A stretch of 64,000 bases of DNA from an uncultured delta proteobacterium (GTDB lineage Bacteria; Desulfobacterota; Desulfobacteria; Desulfobacterales; B30-G6): NCBI GenBank assembly GCA_963823335.1, contig CAWGLD010000007.1, positions 288,001 through 352,000 of the forward strand. The letters are read 5' to 3'. Numbering within the stretch: the stretch's first letter is position 1; the number at the start of each line of letters is the position of its first letter. Both the position numbers and the translations under genes were made by a program. Below, piece by piece: positions 1 through 9,245 of the stretch. The notes below the pieces were generated by a model. That model made no database searches and had not been told where the DNA came from. It worked only from the letters and a program-made list of their open reading frames with translations.

Positions 1-45
1 TGGAAATTTGTTTGATAAAGGGGTCGTCTCGTATTATGAAACTTT

Positions 46-1833
46 ATGGTTAAAAAAGGCGCCACTGACAGACAAAGGCTCTTGGACGCGGAAATCTCCT
101 TTGTGGGAAAGCAGGAACGGCACGGGAAAACGGCCGTTGCCCTGATATACCCGAATACGTATCACCTGGGCATGTCAAACCTGGGTTTCCAAACAGTCTA
201 TCGGCTTTTGAACGAATTGGATGGTATCGTCTGTGAAAGGTCCTTCCTCCCGGATCAAGACGTGGCCAACACAGGCGATATCATCTCAATCGAATCCGGA
301 CGACCCATTTCGACCTTCGATATCGTTGCCATCTCCTTGTCCTTTGAGAACGACTATCCCAATCTGCTCACCATTCTTCAAAAAGCCGGACTTCCCTTCC
401 GTTCCATCCACAGAAACGAAACCCACCCCCTCATCATTGCCGGGGGGGTTACCTGTTTGCTGAATCCTGCGCCCATCGCACCTTTTATAGACTGTTTTCT
501 GATCGGCGAGGCAGAAGCCAATCTGCCCGGTTTTATGAGAATCGTCCAGGAAACAGACACGCGGGAAACCTTGTTGCTCCGGGCCTCGCAGGAAATAGAG
601 GGTATTTATGTCCCCGGTTTCTACAGGGAAATCTATCATCCGGACAATACGTTCCAGGAATTGAAACCCCTGAAAGATGTCCCCCACGTGATCAAAAAGG
701 CCTATGTCCGGGACATCACCCGGACACCGGCCTGCAGCGCCATCGTGACACCCAATACCACGTTTGATCAAACCTACCTGATCGAGGTGTCCCGAGGCTG
801 TCCTCACGGATGCCGCTTTTGCGGTGCTGGTTTTGTGTATCGCCCTCCCCGTTTCAGAGATCCGCATCTGCTGGTATCGTGTCTTCATCATGGACGTGCC
901 CAAACCCATAAAATTGGTCTTGTAGGGGCAGCGGTCTCCGATCTTCCTGGACTCGGCGATATCTGCAGGGCTGCCGAAAGCACCCAAGCCCTTGTTTCAT
1001 TCAGTTCGCTCAGGGCGGATGCCCTCGACCAAGACCTGATTTCCCATCTGTCTAAAAGCAAGGTCAAAACAGCCACAATTGCACCCGACGCCGGGTCTGA
1101 ACGCTTACGACGCTGTATCAACAAGGGTATCTCCGAAAAAAGCATCCTGGCTGCGGCGGAAGCCCTTGTCACCGAAGGCATCCCCAATCTCAAGCTCTAT
1201 TTCATGATCGGTCTGCCCACCGAAACCATGGAAGATATCGAAGCCATCATCGAGCTCTGCAAAAAGGTGAAACACGTTTTTTTAAAATCGAGTCGTATCA
1301 AAGGTCGCATGGGCACAATAAGCGTGAGTATCAATTCTTTTGTCCCCAAACCCCACACACCGTTTCAATGGGCGGCCATGGATGACATCCAGACATTAAA
1401 GTTGAAACGCAAGCATATTCAAAAAGGTCTCAAACGTGTCCCAAACATCCGCATGAATGCCGATATCCCCCGAGGTGCATATGTACAGGCCCTCCTGTCC
1501 CGTGGTGATATGCGCGTAGCAGACATCCTTGAGGCAGCACATGGCAATGAGGGCAACTGGCCAAAAACTCTCAAGGCCTCCACCCTTGACACCGATTTTT
1601 TTGTGCACCGGCAAAGAGCTACCAACGAAAACTTCCCCTGGGATTTTATAGATCATGGCATCCGGAAGTCCTTTCTTCTGGCTGAATATCGAAAAGCGGT
1701 GCGTGGTGACACAACACCCCCCTGTGATGTGGAAGTCTGCCGGAAGTGTGGCGTCTGCAATGATAAAAATAACTTGAAAGCCTTCTTACATTATGGTAGT
1801 TCGTGCAAGGCTATTGAAAAGCCAAACAGTTGA
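46..1833 (+). CDS. B12-binding-domain radical SAM protein (TIGR03960/YgiQ-like)
   Basis: N-terminal YPNTYHLGMSNLG, radical SAM motif EVSRGCPHGCRFC, LKLYFMIGLP, C-terminal CxxxxCxxCxxC. Confidence 0.85.
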   Translation: MVKKGATDRQRLLDAEISFVGKQERHGKTAVALIYPNTYHLGMSNLGFQTVYRLLNELDGIVCERSFLPDQDVANTGDIISIESGRPISTFDIVAISLSFENDYPNLLTILQKAGLPFRSIHRNETHPLIIAGGVTCLLNPAPIAPFIDCFLIGEAEANLPGFMRIVQETDTRETLLLRASQEIEGIYVPGFYREIYHPDNTFQELKPLKDVPHVIKKAYVRDITRTPACSAIVTPNTTFDQTYLIEVSRGCPHGCRFCGAGFVYRPPRFRDPHLLVSCLHHGRAQTHKIGLVGAAVSDLPGLGDICRAAESTQALVSFSSLRADALDQDLISHLSKSKVKTATIAPDAGSERLRRCINKGISEKSILAAAEALVTEGIPNLKLYFMIGLPTETMEDIEAIIELCKKVKHVFLKSSRIKGRMGTISVSINSFVPKPHTPFQWAAMDDIQTLKLKRKHIQKGLKRVPNIRMNADIPRGAYVQALLSRGDMRVADILEAAHGNEGNWPKTLKASTLDTDFFVHRQRATNENFPWDFIDHGIRKSFLLAEYRKAVRGDTTPPCDVEVCRKCGVCNDKNNLKAFLHYGSSCKAIEKPNS

Positions 1834-1849
1834 AAGGATTGGTTTCCTT

Positions 1850-2284
1850 ATGATCTCGAAACAAAAGATGAAGGTTGTGTATGGCCTCACGGCTTATTTC
1901 CTGGTTGTTGGCGTTTTATGCTATGCCGCCTTTCCTGTTTCAGCACCGGAAGAGCCCATGAGAATAATGTTCAAGGTCACGGCCGGCAAGGTTCTCTTTG
2001 ACCATTATTCGCATACATCCGAATCAGGCTACGGACTTTCCTGCTGGGATTGCCATCATCATCCCCTGGACGATGATGCGGCACTCATTGCTTGTGGGGC
2101 GTGTCACACTGCCAATGAAAACGCGGCGCAACCTCCCGAAATATGTAGTGATTGCCATGAACCTGATGAAATTAAAGATACGCCGATCATGAAACGGTCT
2201 GATGCCTTCCACAAGGGATGCATCGACTGCCATCAGGCGTTCGAGGCCGGTCCCATCGAGTGTGCATCATGCCATATCATGTAG
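1850..2284 (+). CDS. membrane-anchored multiheme cytochrome c (class III/c3-like), 5 CxxCH motifs, first gene of rnf operon
   Basis: ATG 1850 with AAGGA upstream; N-terminal hydrophobic helix; VLFDH; CWDCH, CGACH, CSDCH, CIDCH, CASCH. Confidence 0.85.
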   Translation: MISKQKMKVVYGLTAYFLVVGVLCYAAFPVSAPEEPMRIMFKVTAGKVLFDHYSHTSESGYGLSCWDCHHHPLDDDAALIACGACHTANENAAQPPEICSDCHEPDEIKDTPIMKRSDAFHKGCIDCHQAFEAGPIECASCHIM

Positions 2285-2355
2285 CGATCTAAGGGCGAAT
2301 GCGCTTGTCCAGATGGTTTTTCAATGTCAAGCGGTCAAGGATAAAAGGTACTCAT

Positions 2356-3639
2356 ATGATGAAACGGTCATTTTTTTCCGTAACGGCACCACGTTTTCAG
2401 GTTGATTCGATACCGGGCGTGTTACCTGATTCTGTCCGGATTGAGACACCTCGTGAGATCATGCTTCTGATCGAAGAGACTGCTGAAAACGGGCATGAGA
2501 TGATGATCCATAAGGGTGACCCCGTCAAAACAGGACAAAAAATATCCCTGACACCTGACTCGGGGGCCTATGCCATCTCCACCGTAACCGGTACCATTAC
2601 CCATATCGAGTCCTTTCCAGGAGAGTCCGGAAAGCAGTTTACGGCAGTATCTGTTGCCGCGTCCAAAGAGGCGGACCTTGACGGGCACTTTGCCGCCTAC
2701 TGCCAGGCACCCTCCCTCAAAGGCGCTGTCGACCTGCTGCAGTGCTTGCCCGGAAGTCCTACATTTGAAATCTTTAGCGATGCGGACAAACCAATCCAGA
2801 CCATCGTCATCAATGCCATGGACCAGGATCTGTTTATCATAACCGCGCAATATGCCCTGAAAGCTTTTTATCAAGAACTGACGCAGGGTATCCAACATCT
2901 CAAAATCATTACCGGTGTCGAAAACATCGTTATCGCCGCCCCGCAGGACGCCATCCAGGGCTATGGTGACATGGGCGCATCCGTCATAAGTGTCGGCAAA
3001 AGCTATCCTGAAGGATTGCCGCATCTTGTAGCTCAGAAAGTGATGGGCCATGAAATCTCTGTCGGAAAAAATTTCCAGGATCTTGGCCTGGCCTTTCTGA
3101 GTGTGGAAGCAGTCGCTTCACTGGGCCGCTCTTTACAAAACCAGGTAATGACCAAGACCAAACTGGTCACCTTTCTGGACAAGAAGGGAAACCGTTCACT
3201 GGTATCGGCCACCGTGGGCACTCCCATCCGGGATATCTTCAAGCGCTTTCAGGTGAACGTAAACGATCAGGATCGGATTATCATCGGCGGCCCGTTAAAC
3301 GGCTACAGCACCTACACGGATGCGTTTCCCGTCAGACCCGATACCGATGCCGTTCTCCTGCAGGATAAGGACGATGTTGCGTTTGTTTCGGATTATCCGT
3401 GTATCAATTGTGGTGATTGCATTCGCGTCTGCCCCGCCAGAATGCCGGTCAACATGCTGATTCGCCTTCTCGAAGCCGGGGAGTATGAAGAAGCCGCGGA
3501 AAGTTACGATCTCTATTCCTGTCTCGAATGTGGGCTCTGCAGTTATGTGTGCGTATCAAGAATACCCATCTTTCAATCCATCAGACTGGCTAAATATGAG
3601 CTCGGTCGCGCGGCTACCGGGGAGGCAGCAGATGAATAA
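2356..3639 (+). CDS. rnfC: RnfC-like subunit (divergent), 2x[4Fe-4S]
   Basis: GDPVKTGQ, STVTGT, YPEG, VGTP, GGPLNG, CINCGDCIRVCP and CLECGLCSYVC; first rnf gene of the rnfCDGEA run. Confidence 0.85.
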   Translation: MMKRSFFSVTAPRFQVDSIPGVLPDSVRIETPREIMLLIEETAENGHEMMIHKGDPVKTGQKISLTPDSGAYAISTVTGTITHIESFPGESGKQFTAVSVAASKEADLDGHFAAYCQAPSLKGAVDLLQCLPGSPTFEIFSDADKPIQTIVINAMDQDLFIITAQYALKAFYQELTQGIQHLKIITGVENIVIAAPQDAIQGYGDMGASVISVGKSYPEGLPHLVAQKVMGHEISVGKNFQDLGLAFLSVEAVASLGRSLQNQVMTKTKLVTFLDKKGNRSLVSATVGTPIRDIFKRFQVNVNDQDRIIIGGPLNGYSTYTDAFPVRPDTDAVLLQDKDDVAFVSDYPCINCGDCIRVCPARMPVNMLIRLLEAGEYEEAAESYDLYSCLECGLCSYVCVSRIPIFQSIRLAKYELGRAATGEAADE

Positions 3640-4594
3640 CCCAAGAAAACTGATCGTATCCCATGCGCCTTTCATCCATATCGGGAGCAGCATACCCCAG
3701 ATGAGTCTTCATATCATTCTGGCCGCGCTACCGGCCGTCATTTTAGGGGGCATGTTCAGATTTGGCGCGCCTGCCATCGCTGTGGTAAGTTTTTCCATTG
3801 CTACCGCCATGTTATGGGAAATAGCCATCAATCTTGTTTCCAAAAAACCCGTTACAGTGGGCGACGGCAACGCCGCAGTCATCGGTCTCATATTCGCCAT
3901 GTTTCTGCCGGCCACGGCGCCCTGGTGGTTTGTCCTGACAGGGACATTTATTGCCATCGTGATCGGGAAACAGATTTTTGGCGGCATAGGCAGCAACCCC
4001 TTCAATCCCGTAGCCCTGGCCCTTGCCATCCTGATGGTTTCCTGGGGTGATTTTCTTGACTTCGATGAAATGTATCGTCATTTTCATTTTGACTTTGTGC
4101 CGACATACCATTTGGCGACTCTGAAGCACTTTGGTCTCGATGCCGTCGAACCTCTCAGGTTAATGGATCTGCTTCTCGGACGACAAATCGGCGGTATCGG
4201 CGCTACTTTCGGCATCGGTCTCATTCTGGGGGGCGCCTATCTGATGATCAGAGGCTTTATCCGCTGGGAAATCGCCCTCTCGTTCCTGGGGGGTATTTTT
4301 ATCACCGCCCTCATATTCAACATCATCGACCCGGCCCGCTTCGCAGACCCGTTTTTCCACCTGTTGACCGGATATACCCTGGTGGCAGCGTTCTTTCTGG
4401 TACCTGAGGACTCTTCTTCACCCGTCAATTTCATTCCCATGCTCATATATGGGACACTTGGCGGTATCATGACCGTTTTGATACGTAATATCGGCGCCTA
4501 TGTCGATGGAGCAATCCTGGCTGTTCTGGTAATCAATCTGCTGAATCCATTGCTGGATAAGATCCGGCCCAAGGCACTGGGAAAGGTTGAATAG
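3632..4594 (+). CDS. rnfD: RnfD-like membrane subunit
   Basis: SHAPFIH, KQIFGGIGSNPFNP, multiple TM helices; overlaps rnfC end; GGAGG SD. Confidence 0.9.
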   Translation: MNNPRKLIVSHAPFIHIGSSIPQMSLHIILAALPAVILGGMFRFGAPAIAVVSFSIATAMLWEIAINLVSKKPVTVGDGNAAVIGLIFAMFLPATAPWWFVLTGTFIAIVIGKQIFGGIGSNPFNPVALALAILMVSWGDFLDFDEMYRHFHFDFVPTYHLATLKHFGLDAVEPLRLMDLLLGRQIGGIGATFGIGLILGGAYLMIRGFIRWEIALSFLGGIFITALIFNIIDPARFADPFFHLLTGYTLVAAFFLVPEDSSSPVNFIPMLIYGTLGGIMTVLIRNIGAYVDGAILAVLVINLLNPLLDKIRPKALGKVE

Positions 4595-4595
4595 T

Positions 4596-5186
4596 ATGCG
4601 TGAAATGATCAAGATGATCGTTGTCCTGACAATTCTCTGTTCATTTTCGGGCGGCCTGCTGGCCGCCATCAGGGATAAAACCAAAGACAGAATCGAAAAC
4701 CAGCAATTGACATTTGTGAAGGGCCCGGCCATTATGGCCATCCTGAACGGCGCATCCAACGACCCTATCGCCGATCGTTTCAAGATAGATGACCAGGGCA
4801 TCGAGCGTACTTTCTTTATCGGCGTATTCGACGGCAAGTCCGAATCGGTGGCTTTCGAAAGTTCGGGAAAAGGCTTCGGTGGCGATATCGGCGTCATGGT
4901 GGGGGTAAATACAACCGATGACCAGGTCCTGGGCGTCGGCGTCACCACCCACAGTGAGACACCCGGTGTGGGGTCAAAGGCCAAAACCGAACCGTCTTTT
5001 ACAGCGCAATTCAAGGATAAGCCGCTGATCGGTACCTTTCAGGTCAAGACCGATGGTGGCCAGGTGGATATCATCTCCGGGGCAACCGTGACATCGCGGG
5101 GGGTCAGTGTGGCGCTGACAGAGGCCAGCGCAGTTTATCAGAGGCTGAAACCCCAGATCGTTGAAAAATTAACGGCATTCAAGTAG
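4596..5186 (+). CDS. rnfG: RnfG FMN-binding subunit
   Basis: N-terminal TM, GFGG, HSETPGVG, flavinylation motif DIISGATVTS. Confidence 0.93.
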   Translation: MREMIKMIVVLTILCSFSGGLLAAIRDKTKDRIENQQLTFVKGPAIMAILNGASNDPIADRFKIDDQGIERTFFIGVFDGKSESVAFESSGKGFGGDIGVMVGVNTTDDQVLGVGVTTHSETPGVGSKAKTEPSFTAQFKDKPLIGTFQVKTDGGQVDIISGATVTSRGVSVALTEASAVYQRLKPQIVEKLTAFK

Positions 5187-5196
5187 GGAGAAGGCC

Positions 5197-5799
5197 ATGG
5201 CGAAAACAATCGCGCAAGAATTTACAAAAGGCTTGTGGAACGAAATACCCCCATTTCGACTCGTTCTGGGGTTGTGCCCGGTACTGGCAGTAACCAAAAC
5301 AGTGGAAAATGGTATCGGGATGGGCCTGGCAACCACTTTTGTGCTGGTCTGCTCCAATATCCTTGTATCTTCCCTGCGCAAGGCTATTCCGAACAAGGTC
5401 AGAATCGCCTGTTTTATCATTATTATTGCCACCTTTGTCACGGTTGTCGAACTGGTCATGCAGGCATATACCTATCCCCTGTTCCTGAAGTTAGGTATCT
5501 TTATTCCCCTCATCGTGGTCAACTGTATCGTTCTGGGGCGGTCTGAAGCGTTTGCCTTCAAGAACGGTGTTGTGGCCTCTTTTGCGGACGGGCTTGGCAT
5601 GGGCATTGGCTTCACCTTGTCTCTGGCGGCTCTGGGTGCTGTACGTGAATTGTTCGGCAACGGCACCCTGACGATCTGGGAAACACCCATTCAAATATTC
5701 GGTCCCTCGTTTCAACCATTTACGTTCATGGTCGAAGCACCCGGTGCATTTATCTGCCTCGGTCTTATGCTGTGTGTCATGAACATGGCCGGAGAATAA
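5197..5799 (+). CDS. rnfE: RnfE membrane subunit
   Basis: LGLCPVLAVT, FIPLIVVNC, RELFGNG. Confidence 0.95.
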   Translation: MAKTIAQEFTKGLWNEIPPFRLVLGLCPVLAVTKTVENGIGMGLATTFVLVCSNILVSSLRKAIPNKVRIACFIIIIATFVTVVELVMQAYTYPLFLKLGIFIPLIVVNCIVLGRSEAFAFKNGVVASFADGLGMGIGFTLSLAALGAVRELFGNGTLTIWETPIQIFGPSFQPFTFMVEAPGAFICLGLMLCVMNMAGE

Positions 5800-5812
5800 C
5801 AGGAGAACAGAG

Positions 5813-6388
5813 ATGGGCGACTACATTGTCCTGGCAATCAGCTGTATACTCATCAACAACATCTTACTGGCACAGTATTTGGGCAACTGCCCGTTTCTTG
5901 GCACATCCAAGAAAATGGAAACCGCCGTGGGCATGGCCATGGCTGTTGTGTTCGTCCTGGTACTGGCCGGGGTGATTACCTGGCTCGTCAATACCTATGT
6001 TCTGCAGAAGTTCGGCCTGGAATATCTTCGCACCATTGCCTTCATCTTCGTGATTGCATCTCTGGTGCAGCTTGTTGAAATGTTTCTGAGAAAAAGTATC
6101 CCGGCTCTCTATGCCGGCCTGGGGATTTTTTTACCCCTCATCACCACCAATTGTGCCGTCATGGGTGTCTGCCTTATCAATGTCAACGAAGAATACACCT
6201 TTCTTCAGGCCCTGGTGGCCTCCATGAGTTACGCCATCGGGTTCGGGCTGGCACTCATCCTATTTGCGGGTGTAAGGGAACGCATACTCCTGGCCAGGGT
6301 TCCCAAACCCCTCCAGGATACCTCCATCGCCCTGGTCACCGCCGGTATTCTCTCCCTGACTTTCTTCGCGTTCAAAGGGATGGTCTAG
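5813..6388 (+). CDS. rnfA: RnfA membrane subunit
   Basis: LGNCPFLG, FLPLITTNCAVMG, AGVRER. Confidence 0.95.
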   Translation: MGDYIVLAISCILINNILLAQYLGNCPFLGTSKKMETAVGMAMAVVFVLVLAGVITWLVNTYVLQKFGLEYLRTIAFIFVIASLVQLVEMFLRKSIPALYAGLGIFLPLITTNCAVMGVCLINVNEEYTFLQALVASMSYAIGFGLALILFAGVRERILLARVPKPLQDTSIALVTAGILSLTFFAFKGMV

Positions 6389-6441
6389 CCTGAAAACATC
6401 TGAACTGAATGATAGAATGTGATATCTTTTCTGCGAATATC

Positions 6442-7032
6442 ATGCCGAAAATCACAGCCATTTATGGAAGCCCGCGGCGAAAAGGCAACACCAGTCGATT
6501 GCTGAAGCAAGCTGTTGCCGGTGCCAGGGAACAAGGTGCCGTGGTAAACGAATTCTTTCTACGTGAAGAAAAAATATCCCCCTGTCTGGAAATCTACGGT
6601 TGTAAAATGGACGGCAATTGCGTCATCAAAGACGATTTTCATCGGGTACGCAACAGCATGTTGGAATCCGGCGGTGTCATGCTGGCTTCACCGATCTTTT
6701 TCTACACCGTCAGTGCCCACACCAAAATATTCATGGACAGATGCCAGTCCTTATGGGTAAAAAAATATTGGATCGAGGGACTGCCTTTCAGTCAGTGGGA
6801 AACAAAACGAAAAGGTCTTTTCATTTCCGTCGGGGCCACCAAAGGTAAAAAACTTTTTGATGGGGCCTTGCTCACCGTTAAATACTTTTTTGACGTTATT
6901 GATGCCAACCTTTGGAAATCCCTGCTTTATCGCGGACTTGATTTTGAAAAAGACATCCTTGATCACCCGGACTATCTCCAGGAAACCTATGAAGCGGGAA
7001 AGCAGTTAGCGATATCACTGCAAGTTAAATAA
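6442..7032 (+). CDS. flavodoxin-family / iron-sulfur flavoprotein-like FMN reductase
   Basis: GSPRRKGNT, SPCLEIYGCxxxxxCVIKDD, ASPIFF, KIFMDR. Confidence 0.85.
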   Translation: MPKITAIYGSPRRKGNTSRLLKQAVAGAREQGAVVNEFFLREEKISPCLEIYGCKMDGNCVIKDDFHRVRNSMLESGGVMLASPIFFYTVSAHTKIFMDRCQSLWVKKYWIEGLPFSQWETKRKGLFISVGATKGKKLFDGALLTVKYFFDVIDANLWKSLLYRGLDFEKDILDHPDYLQETYEAGKQLAISLQVK

Positions 7033-7331
7033 GTTGGGAGAAAGGGTTCAAGGAGTCCAGGATTCAAGGATTCAAGTGTTTGTTTTCCAGGGATGTGATC
7101 ATCGCTTTTAGCATTCTCTCTACATCCCCAAGCTCCTCTCTTAATCCCTGAAGCTTTTCCTTGTTCATATAATCCAAATCACCGGATATCATCGTCTGCG
7201 TTTCTAATTCACAGCCTTTAACTCTTTATAATTCTTAAGCATTCAGCTGGTGCCTCACTTCGTCTCACTCGAACCCTGGACCCCTATAATCCTTGAATCC
7301 TTAATTTGGATCAACTCTTTGGGGATGATCC
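7028..7331 (-). mobile_element. non-autonomous cassette, copy 1, with internally deleted four-helix-bundle gene
   Basis: Minus strand begins GGATCATCCCCAAAGAGTTGATCC, has 8-mer GGATTCAA/GAATCCTT repeats, and aligns with copies at 40720-41014 and 47105-47298. Confidence 0.8.
7064..7242 (-). pseudogene. four-helix-bundle (23S rRNA IVP-like) pseudogene
   Basis: MLKNYKELK joined out of frame to CELETQTMISGDLDY...VERMLKAMITSLENKHLNP*; central part missing. Confidence 0.8.
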
Positions 7332-7361
7332 AATAGGTTAACAATACACATAGGGAGGGAC

Positions 7362-7556
7362 ATGAACAATTATGAGCTTCTGCTTCCCTTTACTATTTGT
7401 GAGCTTATCGATGAACTCAATCGAAAGCTGACCTCTCAGAGTAAGCGCTCAGCCGGTGTAGAACGCGACTTGCTTCAGCTCCAGATTGAAGAAACTCCCC
7501 TCCTTGTATCGTATCGGTCTTGGATGTCAAAAAGCCAAGATAACTTGACAAGTTAA
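7362..7556 (+). CDS. possible small protein (64 aa), unknown
   Basis: GGGAGG SD just before ATG; no recognisable motif. Confidence 0.35.
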   Translation: MNNYELLLPFTICELIDELNRKLTSQSKRSAGVERDLLQLQIEETPLLVSYRSWMSKSQDNLTS

Positions 7557-7722
7557 TAAAAATACAAATTATTACTTAAACACCACCACCTGATACATAT
7601 TCTTTGATGTCAATCAAGATCCTTTTGCCTAAACATTGATCTTGAAACAAAAACCTAAACAGGCTTTGGGTAAAATGACCATTTGTTAGGCTAACGTGTA
7701 ATAAACCATGGAGGGTAGAACA

Positions 7723-8790
7723 ATGAAAAAAAACTGTTATAAATTATTTACGTATTCGTGCACGATTGCGGTCATTGTCTTATTGGGACTGCAGCCTGTG
7801 CAGGCGCTGGAGGCAAAGCTTTCCGGTCAAATCAACAGAGCACTCATGTGGGCCGATAATGGAAAAGATACGTCGGTTTTGAATGTGGACAATGACAATT
7901 CCTCCACCCGCTTCAGCTTTACAGGTTCCGAGGAAGTCAGCGATACCGTCAAAGTTGGTGTTGTTTGGGAGACCGAGTATCAATCCAATGCATCCAACAA
8001 TGTGGATGTCGGGCAGGATGATGATGGGACATCAGCTTTTAATGATCGAAAACTGGAGGCCTATTTTGTGGTACCCTTCGGTAAGATTTCCATCGGTCAG
8101 GGTGATGGCGCGGCCAATGGAACCTCCGAGGAGGATTTGTCCGGTACCAGCGTGATCATGTACTCGGGAGTTAATGATACAGCCGAGAGTATCCAATTCC
8201 GCGACAAGAACGATACGCCGATTACCAAGGTTGGCAGTACTCGCAGCAATTTTGATGGGTTAAGCCGTAACGATCGCTTGCGATACGACACGCCCAACTT
8301 TGGAGGCGCAACATTCTCGGTCAGCGGCACCAATGGCGATGCCTATGAACTGGCAGCACGCTATTCGGCAGATTTCGACGGTTTTGGAAAAATCACCACT
8401 GCCATCGGATATGTAGATGCCAACAATCGAACGGATCCGGAATACACCCAGATTGGCGGATCGGTGTCCTGGTTGCACACCTCGGGTATCAACCTGACCG
8501 TTTCTTCCGGAACACGTGACATCGACGATACCAGCAGGAACCCTGTCAACTACTACGGCAAACTGGGATACAAATTCGACATCCACGCCATTGCCGTTGA
8601 ATATGGCATGACCGAAGACCTGGCTCAAAAAAAGGATGAATCGAAAAACTACGGTTTGGCTTATGTGATTACCCCCTGGAATGGCGTAGAATTCTATGGT
8701 GCATATCGTACATATATGCTTGACCGCGATGGGACTTCAAACATAGAGGATATTCGTCAGGTCATGCTAGGTACACGTGTCAAATTCTAA
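7723..8790 (+). CDS. outer-membrane porin (Gram-negative porin family)
   Basis: Signal peptide ending VQA, SSTRFSFTG, FGKISIGQG, LRYDTP, C-terminal Phe (GTRVKF). Confidence 0.88.
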   Translation: MKKNCYKLFTYSCTIAVIVLLGLQPVQALEAKLSGQINRALMWADNGKDTSVLNVDNDNSSTRFSFTGSEEVSDTVKVGVVWETEYQSNASNNVDVGQDDDGTSAFNDRKLEAYFVVPFGKISIGQGDGAANGTSEEDLSGTSVIMYSGVNDTAESIQFRDKNDTPITKVGSTRSNFDGLSRNDRLRYDTPNFGGATFSVSGTNGDAYELAARYSADFDGFGKITTAIGYVDANNRTDPEYTQIGGSVSWLHTSGINLTVSSGTRDIDDTSRNPVNYYGKLGYKFDIHAIAVEYGMTEDLAQKKDESKNYGLAYVITPWNGVEFYGAYRTYMLDRDGTSNIEDIRQVMLGTRVKF

Positions 8791-8811
8791 AATTATTTCA
8801 TGGAACTTATT

Positions 8812-9192
8812 ATGAAGGCAAGTACGATGCTTACCCGTATGGCGTTGCTGGTGTCCATACTGATCATGGGTGTTTGGAGTTGTGCCGCCAAGCCTTTTGA
8901 TCCACCCCAGACTGGTGAAATCCCTAAAGGACCCGGTGTATTTTCCAAGGGAGAGGATGGAGTGGTACTTTACGATTCAAACAAAAAGCGTTCGCCGGCT
9001 GTATCAACTCCGACACCAACGACCTCGTCAGGGGACGCGGAACAGCCTGCCATTGGATCCGACTATGAAGATTATGAAGGTTACCGACAATGGTTGCTCT
9101 GGAAAAAATCGGCCGTCGGTACCCCGGAATACGAGGAATTTCAACAATGGCGGGAGTGGCGCAAATACCAGGAATGGAAAAAACAAAAGTAA
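8812..9192 (+). CDS. putative lipoprotein, unknown function, Trp-rich C-terminus
   Basis: Hydrophobic signal ending VWSC; directly after porin; start uncertain (8800/8812/8827). Confidence 0.65.
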   Translation: MKASTMLTRMALLVSILIMGVWSCAAKPFDPPQTGEIPKGPGVFSKGEDGVVLYDSNKKRSPAVSTPTPTTSSGDAEQPAIGSDYEDYEGYRQWLLWKKSAVGTPEYEEFQQWREWRKYQEWKKQK

Positions 9193-9245
9193 ACCATCGC
9201 GTCAGCGTTCACTGGCGAGGTTGAAGGTTAAGCAAATTTGTCCAG

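Noticed and set aside
7028-7331. Diversity-generating retroelement (four-helix proteins resemble Avd)
   Set aside because: No reverse transcriptase in the window, and differences between copies are deletions and mixed substitutions, not adenine-specific.
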